Positions 14,411-26,874 of a DNA stretch of 64,000 nucleotides are shown here, piece by piece. The stretch's first letter is position 1; every line of letters starts with the position of its first letter. The notes under the pieces are model-generated. The model ran no database searches. It worked only from the letters and a program-made list of their open reading frames with translations, and was not told where the DNA came from. Origin of the DNA: Epiperipatus broadwayi (taxonomy: Eukaryota; Animalia; Onychophora); assembly GCA_028023455.1 (NCBI GenBank), contig JAQFVV010000002.1:3224001-3288000 (forward strand), given 5' to 3'. The position numbers and the translations under genes are program-made.

Positions 14411-17400
14411 AAAAATAAATTAAGTTGACAGCTACAGAACTGAATAATGAGACCACGGATTGGTTGAAATATAATTTTGTTTTACCACTGGTTATTTTTT
14501 AAACATTTTTTCTTATATTTTTCTTCAGTATTTAACATTATTTAAAAATTTTCATTACATTTAACCAATTTGAATCTAAAAGTATTCCATTTTTAGAAGA
14601 TGAATAAAAAAAAATTCTGTGTATTTTAGATTAATATTTTAACAATGGAAACTGACTGGAAATGAAACTGACAAATAATATTGTTCTCAGATTTAAGTAG
14701 TGGACCAATACAAAAATTAGACAAAGATTATATAAGTTGAAGAAAGCAGCTAAAGGGAACAAGTGAATCCTTTATTATTTATATTTTATTTTATTTAATA
14801 AAGTGGTTTGTAAGTATAAAGCTAGAAGTTTTACAAAATTTAAAAGAATTCATAAAGTACTTTTCTTAAAAAAAGTAAAGTTACTATTTTTAAACATTAA
14901 AATTTGTTTGAAAAAGTTAACCAAAAATCTGAAATGATAACTACAAGTAGGAGTAACTTTATCGATTCTGAAATTGTAACAGGATATGCATTCTGATAAT
15001 GAGGCTGCTATTACATTTTCATGAAAAAAATTATTCAATTAAAAAGGCATTATCAAAATCAAGTAATTAATTGTATTGAAACTATTATTTGTACCTATCA
15101 TCAATTTTACAAAGTCAGTCTGATTCTTTGCTATCCCTTTTTTTTTTGAGTAGGGGGTGTGTGAAGGTGAATGAATAAATGCACACACATTATATAAATA
15201 TGAAATGTGCTTTTTCAATTTATTATTAATAATTACAATATTATTTTGTTAATTTGTTTATTTATACTATACATGTAAAAATTACACATACATGATGAAA
15301 AATAATGAACATCTATTGAAACAGTATAATAAACAATAACTATTTTCCATTATAGATGATATACATGTAGCAAATATTGTGGCTCCACTGAACAATATAT
15401 AAAAATATTTATATGTGTACCAAAATTATATATTACAACATGATTCATTACTATATACAAGTTTTGGGACCTAACCAGCTATCAAGAATAAGAAGGAGTA
15501 CTGTATCTTTAAAAGCAAGTAATCATCTGTTATTTTGCACTATAATTCAAAGATATTTTTATCTGATCAAAATTTTACTTTCATATTTAAAATATGACTT
15601 ATTGGCTTAATAGGATTATAATATCAGGATTACAATATTATACATCAATAATATATTTTAGTAACCACATTCAACAATTGATTATATATATCTTCTTTAT
15701 CCTTTTAATCATTCAATCACTCTAAATCTTTTTATCAGTTATTAAACTTTTGCTTTAAATGTGTATACTCTTGATAAAATGCCCTATTAATTTTATTTTT
15801 CAAAGAATGTTGCATGCTTTTTCTCCCTAATAATCTAAATCAGAGAATTTATATAAAGGTAAACTTATTTTCAAAGCAAGATGAACTCTTTTTCCCAAAT
15901 CAATCACCCTTAAAATTGTAGTAAATATTGGAAAAATATTTTTATGTAATTCAAAGGTCAAATGTTTGATATTTTTTTTAAAATTTATGCATCAGAGAAC
16001 TATTTAACTTTTGTTTCATTTACCATCAATACGTTTTTTAAAATATGTTTTTAATCAGTTCTTATAAAAATTCAATGTATAACCATATATAATATTACAT
16101 CTGTTATATATGTAAATCAAATAAATTATATATTATAGAATAAATGTTGTAATAACAATGATAATTTTTTTTACAAATAACTATTACAAAAGGCAAAAAT
16201 ATTTTCATGTATTTTTATAACCTTTTTCAGCTAAAAAACATTTACATTTAAATAGTGTTTACTTAAACTAATTTAAATGGTTTTTCTATTGAAGACGGTT
16301 ATAAAAATAATTTCTGTATTTTATAAAAATTACTTATAATATTTATTATCACTGCTAATACTTTATTGTTTTATTATTATATAGAAAGATAAAATAACCT
16401 TTGAACTGTTAACTGCAAAGCAAAGTATCTCTAATGGCCTCCTAGAGAAATGATGAAGAAGAAAATAATACTCATCTGATTAAACAAGTACCAAGTATTG
16501 AGACTTTTCCATCAGACTAATATACGTATATGATAAATATTTTTATACTCAACACTGAAATCCCCATTCATAGATTGCTAAATTTCTCCATTAATATTTG
16601 TAAATTATGCAATATATATATATATGTGTTAAATGTAGATGGATACTAATAATAAATGTTTAATTCGAAAATTATTATCATGCAATTTGGCATGTTTTAA
16701 AAAACATAATATTGGTATGTGATATTCAATTATGTCTCATTCATAGATACATTTCATGTGAAAAAAAATATTCACATACATGTAAATTATGTTTAATCAA
16801 AAGAATTGATTATTAAATATATTTTCCAAAAAAAAAAAAAAGAATATGAATTCAAATGTGCATGTTTTGATTAAAGATTTAAAAAAATTAAATCATAAGA
16901 TATTTTTAAAGATCAATTTATTATTAAAAAGAAGCAAATCAATTTATTTGAATAATTTTAAGTATAAAAGTTTGAATGATTTATTTTTTAACATTTTTCT
17001 TTATATTAGAAAAAAAAGTAAGATAAAATTGTATAATGAATTAAAAAAATGTAAATCTTAAACTAATGTAAAATAAATGCTTTCTTCTGTTGAATAGATT
17101 TGGTTCCTCAATGTGATCATCTAATCATACTTAATTATTTAATTAATCTTAATGTTATAATATTTAATTTTCCTATAGCTAAAATGTTTATATAATTCAT
17201 TAATTGGAAATCTGCAATTGATGAAAAATTTATATATATATATTTACCATACTACATATTATTTTATTTTATACAAAGATTTTACGTCATTATTTAACAA
17301 GAGAAAAAAATATATAAAGTTGGCAATCGAAATTGAACGTTATTATAGTCCCTGACATTAAACTTTTTTTTTTTTTAAGATTTATAAAAAGATTACTTAA

Positions 17401-18017
17401 ATTTAAACTTAAGACAGAAATAACAGTAAAGTATACCATGATTTATCTTAAATAAGTGTCAAGCACATGCGTATAAAATGCGATAGTAGGGACCTCTACA
17501 GGTCTTAATTTTTGGAAATGTTATAAGCTCCTGAACTCATATATTGCTAGTGAATTTTATTAAATTGAAATAAAGTGAAAGATTTTAAACCTAGATCTGT
17601 TATAATATATACTTTGTGGGAAAAATTGCAATGAGATAAAAGAATTGACAAAAAATAAGCAACTATGTTAAAATATTCTAATATTAAAAACTTAAAATAT
17701 TTGTTTTCACTGTAAAATATATAAAATGATATATGAATATATATAAATTAAATAGCCCAACAAAATTTGCAATTACAGTCATAAAAACATCAATTTAAAC
17801 TTAGTAAGCTTAGCATCACTTTAAAACAACCAAGCATAACAGTATGGTTATTTCATAGCTTTAACACATTTGATTATGATGATAAGGTTTGCATTCCAAG
17901 ATAATAATCACTTTTAAATAACAACTTTATGATTACCCAAAATTCAAAATATTAATTAATCATAATATTATTAAACATTTAAATTTTACAGACAAATTAT
18001 TTTAAAATAGAGATGAA

Positions 18018-18925
18018 ATCATCATCATTGTCAACCATTATTAATCCACTGCAGAAAGGTCTCTCCAAGTTCAATCCAACTTCTCTGATCTCTAATCTCT
18101 CTTCTCCACATTACCGCTGCACACTTGTTTATTTCATTCATCCTCTCACATATAGTCTCTGGATCTTTTACAATTTCTTGGAATCCAGTTTAAGATTTCA
18201 GTTGTCCATCTATTATCATCTCTTCTAGAAATATGTCCAGCCCAATTCTACTTCAGTCTTTTAATTCCTTCATTGATGTCAGGAACACCTGTTTGTTTTC
18301 TTTAATCACTGAAGAAATACTTATAGTATAAAATCCTTTTCATAATCAACAAATCCAAAGCATAATGGCAATTCATATTCATTGGTCCTTTCTATAACTT
18401 CTCACCATACTTTGATATGATTTGCTTATTCTCTTGGTTGGTTGAACTCCAATGTTTTCTGTAGTTGAATTATATAATTATATTGATAAATTTTTTTATA
18501 TAAAACTGATAAAAGGATGATAGGTCTGTAATTTCTAATATCTTATTTAGCACCTTTTTTAAATATTAATACTGCATTTTTCCAATCATCTGGTACATCA
18601 TTATTATTTAGTTATTTGGTATATAACTTTGCCAAAAAAATTTCTATTTCTTCATCTGCTTTTTTTAATATATCAATTTTAATTCCATCATTACCTGGAG
18701 CTTTTCCTTTCTTCACAAATTTAATTGCATGTCTCATTTCTTCATTTAAAATTCTAGGTAATTCAGAAGATATAATAGATATAGGAGGTACTTGTTCTTT
18801 ATTACTATATAATTCATAATAGAACTCTTCTACCATTTCATGATGTCTTCTCTCTTTTTAGTAATAATTCCAAATTATTATACTATCTTCAATATCAGTT
18901 ATTTAATAACTATGATAATCTGCAA
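18018..18925 (-). mobile_element. RTE-clade LINE, internally deleted remnant
   Basis: ORF 18612-18836 (KKGKAPGNDGI), then VPDDWKNAV..NYRPI..SVLYK and GFVDYEK, joined directly to the 3' part NWAGHISRRDDNRWT. Ends in a (gat)n tail at ~18020. Confidence 0.9.
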
Positions 18926-19098
18926 TATTATAAAACAAAGATTTGTTATGAAGCCATAAAATAATTATAGTGTAGAGCTTACGTTTTTGTTATGTCAATG
19001 TGATATCAAGCTCAATAGGTTTGTATTGCCAATTTTAATTGACTGTACTCTTAAACTTCATTGTGTAATTAATTTCAGTATTACTTTCATTTTAGCTT

Positions 19099-19572
19099 TA
19101 ACAACTGAAATACATGCTTATTATATACCTGTTTCAATATATATAATATATAGAGTATAGGAGCACAGACTTTCACATGACCTGCCACTCTCCACCCCAT
19201 CTCATAACACTAATACACTTTTAACACATATATTTTGAAAAGATAAATAATCACCAATATACGTATTTCATGCTAAAACAGCAATCATCAGTTGGTCCAG
19301 ATTATTATCTCTACACATATATGCAATAAGTGCTCAGATATATATTAAGATAGCCAATCTTCATACTTTAATGGACATGCTTCAATCCACTCCACCCTCC
19401 AACTCTTCAACTATCCATCCAATCGAAAATCTAATGATGGAACACTCAAAGGCCACCCTGATGCTGAGATTCTCATCACACCCATGTTGACTTAAAATCA
19501 ATCAGACACCTCATGTACAGAACATAATCCATTTAATACATATACAAGTGATGGGCAGACATCTCTACTATG
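19099..19572 (-). repeat. HHR-bearing PLE-derived repeat, unit A (complete ~474-bp tandem unit)
   Basis: taacaactgaaataca recurs at 19099 and 19573. The same sequence is also found at ~21000, ~57500 and ~61000. Confidence 0.9.
19253..19296 (-). ncRNA. Minimal type I hammerhead ribozyme (unit A)
   Basis: Minus strand: ACCAA CUGAUGA U UGCU GUUUU AGCA U GAA AUACGUAU A UUGGU. 5-bp helix I, intact core, 4-bp helix II with U.U closure, palindromic helix III, AUA triplet. Confidence 0.75.
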
Positions 19573-19851
19573 TAACAACTGAAATACAGACTTATTATAT
19601 ACCTGTACCAATATATATAATATATAGGGTATATGAGCATAGACTTTTACATGACCCATCACTCTCCACTCCATCCCATAACACTGATACCCTTGAACAC
19701 ATATATGATGAAAAGATAAATAATCACCAATATACGTATTTCATGCTAAACCAGCAATCATCAGTTGGTCCAGATTATCATCTCTACACATATATGCAAT
19801 AAGTGCTTGGATATATATTAAGATAGCCAATCTTCATACTTTAATGGACAG
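19573..19851 (-). repeat. HHR-bearing repeat, unit B (truncated at a fold-back)
   Basis: Direct tandem copy of unit A. It stops at ggacagg (~19851), where the inverted copy C begins. Confidence 0.9.
19726..19769 (-). ncRNA. Minimal type I hammerhead ribozyme (unit B)
   Basis: ACCAA CUGAUGA U UGCU GGUUU AGCA U GAA AUACGUAU A UUGGU; core intact. Confidence 0.75.
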
Positions 19852-20055
19852 GCTATCTTAATATATATATATTATTGCATATATATGTGTAGAGATGATA
19901 ATCTGAACCAACTGATGATTACTGGTTTAGCATAAAATACGTGTATTGGTGATTATTTATCTTTTCAACATATGTGTGTTCAAGTGTATCAGTGTTACGA
20001 GATGAAGTGGAGAGTCGTGGGTTGTGTGAAGATCTGTGCTCATATACCCTATATA
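19850..20055 (+). repeat. HHR-bearing repeat, inverted copy C (HHR at 19907-19950 carries G12A)
   Basis: Reverse complement of ~19630-19829. Core CTGATGA is followed by AAAA instead of GAAA. Confidence 0.85.
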
Positions 20056-20069
20056 TTTTAGCTTTAAGT

Positions 20070-20900
20070 ATATTTGGTTTATATATATAATGTTTAACAC
20101 GATCTTTTTTTAAAAAAATAGCAGTACTATTATAGTAAATAATACACATTTCCAACTCAGTATTCAACAATACTTTAACAAAAAAAATGAAATCATTTTC
20201 TTATTGATTCTCTTTGTATATAAAGAAGATTGTTTTAAATGCTTAAAGCCGAGAGTGTGAAATACTAATCAATGCAATTATTTTATAGTTTAAACAAATT
20301 GATTTTATTTGACAATGTAAAGAAATTCTTTCACTTTTTTTTAACTTTTACCTTATTGCATACAGATCGTTTAATATTTATTACATAGCTAAAAAAAAAT
20401 TTTAAAAAAATTACTTTGTTAAATAACAATCAATCTAAAAACAATCAAATAATTGGACTGATTAATATTCACACTTTCTGCCTTAAGTATTAAAAATATC
20501 TGCTTTATAAAAACAAAGAGAATCAATACGAAAGTAATAACATTTTTTTGTTACAGTGTTGTCAATTACTGAAGAGGGAGTGTGCATTATTTAGTATAAC
20601 AGCATTTACTATTTAAAAGGCAATTGTATTTAACATTATTTATATACAGTATTCATAGTGCAAATTACATTGTTATATATAGATAAAGTAAAGTTTATTG
20701 CAAAGTTAAAATATAAAAAAAATACTTTATTAAATAAAAATCATTCTTTTTAATCAATACAAAACAATAAAATAATTTGGACTTAAGTATTTAAAACAAT
20801 CTTTATATACAAAAAGAACCAATAGGAAAGTGATTCATTTATTAGTTATTATATTGTCAAATAGCATTTACTATTTTAAAAATGTGTTTAACATATGTTG
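20070..20900. repeat. Old fold-back (arms ~20070-20330 and ~20400-20650) plus a third partial copy at ~20720-20900
   Basis: attgattctctttgt (~20200) is the reverse complement of acaaagagaatcaat (~20513). Related blocks recur at ~20780-20840. Confidence 0.7.
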
Positions 20901-20994
20901 TGAATTAGTTTATTATATATATGTATGCTATTATTTGCAATAATAACATAGTAATATTTAAATACCAGTATATATACTTAAACTAGATGTATTT

Positions 20995-21140
20995 AAAGGG
21001 GGTTTGAACTGAGACTTTCAATCTCCCTTCAATCATTCACTCTATCTAATACAACCCATACACATAACCATGTACATATGAAAGAGATAAATGATCTTCA
21101 ATATACCTATTCATGCTGAACCAGCACTCATCAGTTGGTC
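20995..21140 (-). repeat. HHR-bearing repeat, decayed copy F (HHR remnant 21097-21139)
   Basis: Minus strand: ACCAA CUGAUGA GUGCU GGUUC AGCAU GAA UAGGUAUA UUGAA. One core A is lost and helix I is damaged. Confidence 0.7.
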
Positions 21141-21606
21141 CCAATCAGGTAAATTTGAAATATATGTTTACATCTTTTACTTGTGAAAAATTTCACTTTA
21201 ACATATATAAGTGACTAAAAAATATTACTATTAATAATCCTAACTGTACTTAAATAATTCTTAAAAAGAAATAATAATGTTTTTTAATAGTGGCATTTCC
21301 ATGTTGATAATCTTTTCTTGCAGCACAACTATATATTTTGTGTTTTCCTGAAGGTTTGTGATAATGGTATTTTAGTTATATATTGGACTATTTCTATCAT
21401 CTAATATAAGTATTGAATGACTTTAGAAAAATTTAACTTTATTTAAAGGGTTCCAAATACATTCAACCATTAGTAAAATGACACAGTCTAGTATATGAAA
21501 CAGGCAAAAACTCACTATACGTATTGCCACACTACAAGCTAGAGTAATCAATGGATGCCAGAAGGCTTGTGTATAAAATCCCCATCTAATGCCTACTCAT
21601 CCAATA

Positions 21607-21648
21607 TCCCCAGACTAGTTTCTGGATTGTGGCCTTCGTCAGTGAGGA
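21607..21648 (-). ncRNA. Minimal hammerhead ribozyme, left arm
   Basis: UCCUCA CUGACGA A GGCCACAAUCC A GAA ACUAGU C UGGGGA. 6-bp helix I, palindromic helix III, GUC triplet. Helix II is only 2 bp and is flanked by extra As. Confidence 0.6.
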
Positions 21649-22114
21649 GCCTTGGATCTGAGAGCACTGCATATAGATCTTAGGATCTAATGCAAGCCTC
21701 TAGCAGCTACCTTTTATCTCTACTTAACTACAAAACAATGAGTCTTAAATTGAAAACACCTTAATATTTTAAATCCAATCCCATCAGCTTATATAGTTAT
21801 ATAGGTCTGAACTCAATTCAGTATCCTTACATTTCAGTGTCTTTGGTTCTTTTATAACCATAGCCACTAATATTCTGCCTAATAGGATATTGGTGGCTAT
21901 GGTTATTAAAGAACTAAAGACACCAAAATGTATGGGTATTGAACTGAGTTCAGACCTATATGACTATATAAGCTGATGATTGGCTTGGATTTAAAATATT
22001 AAGGTATTTTCAATTTAAGGCTCATAGTTTTATAGTTAAGTAGAGATAAAAAGTAGCTGCTGGAGGGTTGCATTAGATCCTAAGTTCTAGGTGCAGCACT
22101 CTCAGATTCAAGGC

Positions 22115-22156
22115 TTCTCACTGACAAAGGCCACAAGCCAGAAACTAGCCTGTGGA
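22115..22156 (+). ncRNA. Hammerhead remnant, right arm (core mutated)
   Basis: TTCTCA CTGACAA A GGC CACAA GCC A GAAA CTAG CC TGTGGA: G8A and U16.1C substitutions, helix II intact. Confidence 0.5.
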
Positions 22157-22308
22157 TATTGATGAGTAGATGTTATATGGGGATTTTATGCACAAAGCCT
22201 TCTGGGATCCATTGATTACTCTAGTTTGCAGTGTGGCAATACATATAGTGAATTTATGCCTGTTTTAATAACAGTTATAAGCAAGTATAAGAAATGGTGA
22301 TCATGTGA

Positions 22309-22620
22309 GGTTAGTATATGCACAACTTTTTAAGAATTATTATTTTCCCCTTTTCTATAGGTGTTGCTCGCCTGACCTGTGACAGTACTAGCATGGAAAT
22401 CAAATCTGGGCCCTTAGATTCTCGAATATTAAATTTTAAGATAATGTTCTAACCAACTGTGCCTCTTGATGTCTCAATTGGTTAGAGCATTACCTTAAAA
22501 TTCAATATTCAAGAATCTAAGGATCCAAGTTTGATTTCCATGATAGTATTATATCTGGTCAGACCAGCAACACCTGTAGAAGAGGGAATAAACTCTCAAA
22601 ATGTTGTGCATATATTAACC
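22309..22620. mobile_element. Head-to-head palindrome of a tRNA-derived (tRNA-Lys-like) SINE, centre ~22460
   Basis: Right arm: ctcaattggttagagca (A-box-like), then aatctaaggatccaagtttgatttcc, resembling the tRNA-Lys 3' half AATCTGAGGGTCCAGGGTTCAAGTCC. The left arm is its diverged reverse complement. Confidence 0.65.
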
Positions 22621-25600
22621 TGTGTGATATTAATAACAGTTGAATGTACTTGGAATATTTAAATAAAGTTAAATTTTTCTAAAGACATTCAATGATGGAA
22701 ATAGTCGAATATATAAATATAACTATATATTTTAAAAGTATGTAATTCATTGTTCTATATTATTATGAATAATTCATAATTGAAATTATATACACTTTAT
22801 TCAATGAAATTAAATTATAAAGTCATTAAATAATTGATCTTTTTGATTATTTTTATTACATATAATATTAAAAAAGAAAATTGATAATAATTACAATAAA
22901 ATTATAAATAAAAATAATATATTTAAATTCAATATTTGAAATCAAATGTGATACAGATTTCTTGCTTAATTAACTGATGTTAGACTTATTATTTTTATTA
23001 GTTGTTAATGTAGAAAAGCTTAATTCATGTAAATTAATAGAAAATTGCAATAATGTTCGATATGAAAATATTCTTCTTTTATGTCAATCCAAAATCTATA
23101 AATTTCAGTTTTATGTTTAATTTTAATTGTCCGTTATGAAAAGCACTATATAGCTGCTCTTTACTGTATTTCATAATTCTTCAGTTAAATACAACTATTC
23201 TATTCTAACTTTGTTCTTTGAAAATCTGTCCATATTTTTTTTTTAAAAATTACATGCCAGTAATCAAATAAAGTAGTTTAATTGTCAAAAAGTAAAAATA
23301 ACTGGTGTTTAAATGTTATTCTAATATGTTTTCTTCAGGCGCTATGTTCTTTGAAGTTATAAAAATTGTATGATAATTTAAATAAATTTCACCATCATTT
23401 TTAAAGTTTGTGGCTTATCATTAAATACCACCTTTAAAAATTACTAGAGGAGAGAATATACAATCTTATAACTCATAAAGGATAAGGTCTGAAAACCATG
23501 GTATAATCACACTGAAATGACATATATTGAGAAAGATTCATCTCATAGCACATAACTCAGTGAATATGTAATCTTGATTATGAGTATGTGCATATATTTG
23601 AAACTTCAAGAAAAGCAGAAATGAATATAGGCAAAATTTACTTATAATTTTATTTAAAATAAGGTCTGGAATGGGGTGTTTAAATCCTTGAATAAGAGCA
23701 GTGACTATCTTTTGTAGATTTTGCAGTTTGTATGATGTTGCTGCAATTGCCATATTTCTCCACATTATTTTAAACATATCTATAATCCTACATCATAGTC
23801 TGCAGTTGCTTATTTATTCAATGTCAATTTTAAAATTATTAGTTGGGGGAAAAATCTAAAGATGTCAGTATTATATGGATCTTTTAGGTAATGACAATAG
23901 CCTTTTGCATGATTGGCAATAGCCTATTTGAATAATAATGCCATGAGGATGGTGACCTAGATATCAAAGAAATTAAAATTTCTGATTGACTCAATATTTT
24001 AGTCCAATTCTAAATAATAAAAAATTGTTATTATTAGTAATTTCTTTATAAATTAAAGATTATTTATACAATGTTTCTGACATTGCCACAAAAAGATTTT
24101 CTTTGAAAACCTTTTTAAAAAGATAACTCTTTAAAAAGATTATTATGGAAAAGCACTTTCTAATTGCCAAACATAACAAATATTTTTAGCTTTAAATTTT
24201 TTCTTTGATGATAACTAACCTAAATTTATCTTCATTTTAGTAACATAGAATTCAAATGTTTTTTCTATTTCATTCTATTCACTTTTTTAATAGATAAATT
24301 TATCCAATAATGCTAAGATCCATTATTCTAGATAAGAACTCCATTTAGAAATTTATTTTCATCTTTTTAAAATGTCATATATTACCTTTAAATGTCTATC
24401 ACTTAAAGCATACATTTTAAATAAATAATGTTAAGATTATTAATACATTTTATAGAAAAAAAAGTTTAATTATAAAAATAAAATGACCAAATATGAAGAA
24501 CTATACATAAATTTCTTGCTAGAGTATATTTAAAATAGAAAGATGAAGTATGCTTCTAAATAGGTTATCTAAAGCATAATATTTCTTGATATTTTTGAAA
24601 TACTGTAAAATATTTAAAATTATATAAAGGTGTTTTTTTTTATTATTATTACAAATATTTTTATTTCTGGTTTTAGCAATAATCTAAATTTTTAGTTTAA
24701 TCAAAAAATAAATTTGTATTTGTGTAAAACAATATGTTTATTTTAATATATAAAATTAATTCTAATATATTTTTACTTGAAGGATTAAGATGAAAATTTT
24801 AATTAAAAACCTAGTTTTGTTTTTGAAGAATGTAAATTAAAAATAAAACAAACATAATTTAGTTATAATATTTTTTTTAATAATTAAAAATGAAAAGATT
24901 CTTAATTCTTCCACTTAAATTTTTTTGTACATTCCATAGTTTCTACTATGATTAATGGCATCAGTTTAATTATATAGAACATTACAGAGATGCTGGTCTC
25001 CATGTACATCAATCTTGACTTCTTAATAAAAATATAATGGGGTAGCTTCTTTGTGATATCTCATAACCCAGTATGTATGTAGAAAATATTGCTTGGTGTA
25101 ACTAAAGTTCAGAGATTGTGGAATCTAAACTAGATTGAGGACTGTCAGCATTTATGTTATTATAACAGTTAAGAAAGACATATAATATTGATGATGTATA
25201 TAACAGCATAGCTTGCTATGAGATTCCATTGGTATATATTGAGCAATTTTAGATAAGTGTGGAATCATAGATAATTGACAAAGATATTAATATACAATAT
25301 CATTAAAATATTTGTAATGAATAAGCATCTACTATTATTTATATATGTAGCCATTATATCTACACATGATGTACAGATGTAGTAAATTCAGCTAGTGAAT
25401 AAAATATATGTCTAAAGAAACATTATTAAAAAAAATAACTTTAATGTTAACGAAATCAAGAAAAATCTATTTCTTATTTGCAAAAAATAGAAAATTAACT
25501 TTGATTAATTTTAAACAACCTTTAAATAAGATCACTAGATAAGTTTTATAAAGTTGGAGTTTTTCAAGAAGAGAAAGAAGAAAAACACTTTGAAGCAAAC

Positions 25601-26874
25601 TTTCAAAGCAGTTAAATAATACTTTTTTAATCCTAAACATTTTTATTTATAATTTAAAATGGGTCAGACTTTTTTTAGGCAATTTTTAGGCTAAAGACAC
25701 ATGAAACTTCAGATTTTAAATCAAGTCAGAATAAGTAATTCTGAAAAGTAATTATAAAAGGAAGATAACATTAAGAATTGGAATATTATTTATAAATTAA
25801 AACATGCACAGAATGTGTGTAGATTTATAAATGTATACAGCTATAGAATAATATTTATTGGTTTTTTAATGATTGGAAGATTTTGTATTGGCATACACAC
25901 ATATCAGTGTGTTCATATATATATATAAATAGTAGATGAAATTATTTACCTATAGCCTGTGCACTTAATAAATAATTAAAACAATTTGTATATCTGCAAA
26001 TTACAATTTAAACAATGTTACATGTAGAGTTTTGAATGTCACTGTATGGGAATAATATCTGATATTTATAAGTAAATCAGAATTATCTACTTGTATTGTA
26101 GGATATTTATTAATTTATTCTTTTTATCAATATTATTAACTATTTAATAAATTTATTAACCATTAGATTGTTATTCCCATGCAATTGTTTAATATTATGT
26201 ATAGATTAAGTATGATGTGCATGATTTTATTTATATACATTCATCAGGATTCTTGCAATCATAAGCTAGCTTTTGAATTGATGGTATAAGGGTAGTGTTA
26301 TATTGGCATCTATATAATTCTCTTTATAATTATTTAGATGGTGCTAAAGAAATGAAGGCATTTTAAAGTTCACACTTTTTATTTATATATTTCATGATGA
26401 TGACTATTAGTTTAATTGAATACCAATATAATCATGGTATCTGATAGCCCTGAACATTGATATTTATAAGCTTTAATATAATGACTGCAGGATTTTTTTT
26501 CATCTGCTTAGATTTGTAACTATTTTAACACTAATGTGTATACAACATAAAAATAAATGTTGATGATTATATGCTATATCTATTATATTTATTATTCATA
26601 TTTAATAACAGTAACCTCTGTTGATGATCTAATCTTTTATTCCATTTGCTCTGTGTGTGTGTGTGGTTTATTTAGTTATAAAATTAACAGTGAATTTTCT
26701 GTTCTATCTTACTGCATTCATTCTTTATTGTGCATATTTATCAGATAAATACACATCACTAAATATACATATAATAAATACAATTATTTATCTATACAAC
26801 TGTTTTTTTTTTTTAATATTTCAACCAGAGAATTCATTTTTGTCAGAAAATACTGCTAAATAACGTCTTTCAAA

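Larger units (their letters stand above)
21497..22308. mobile_element. Head-to-head inverted pair of PLE 3' ends (endonuclease C-terminus, 3' UTR, HHR), centre ~21880
   Basis: Arms of ~375 bp around the spacer tctgcctaatagg. Each arm read outward encodes LVAMVIKE.KT..C...ELSSDLY.YIS*, resembling a PLE GIY-YIG C-terminus, followed by an HHR. Confidence 0.8.

Noticed and set aside
16445-16520. Possible terminal exon RNDEEENNTHLIKQVPSIETFPSD*
   Set aside because: Short, with a weak acceptor and no supporting upstream exon.
19430-19465. Opposite-polarity CTGATGA..AAAGGCC motif in the HHR repeat (also ~57788 and ~60950-60980), suggesting ambisense ribozymes
   Set aside because: No copy has GAAA or a U16.1, and helices II and III cannot be drawn consistently.
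13751-19851. Tandem repeats considered as a CRISPR-like array
   Set aside because: Units are contiguous 232- or 474-bp repeats with no short repeat and unique spacer pattern, and the context is eukaryotic.
23155-23190. Minus-strand CTGAAGA ATTAT GAAA TACAGTA
   Set aside because: No U16.1 and no helix I pairing; chance match.
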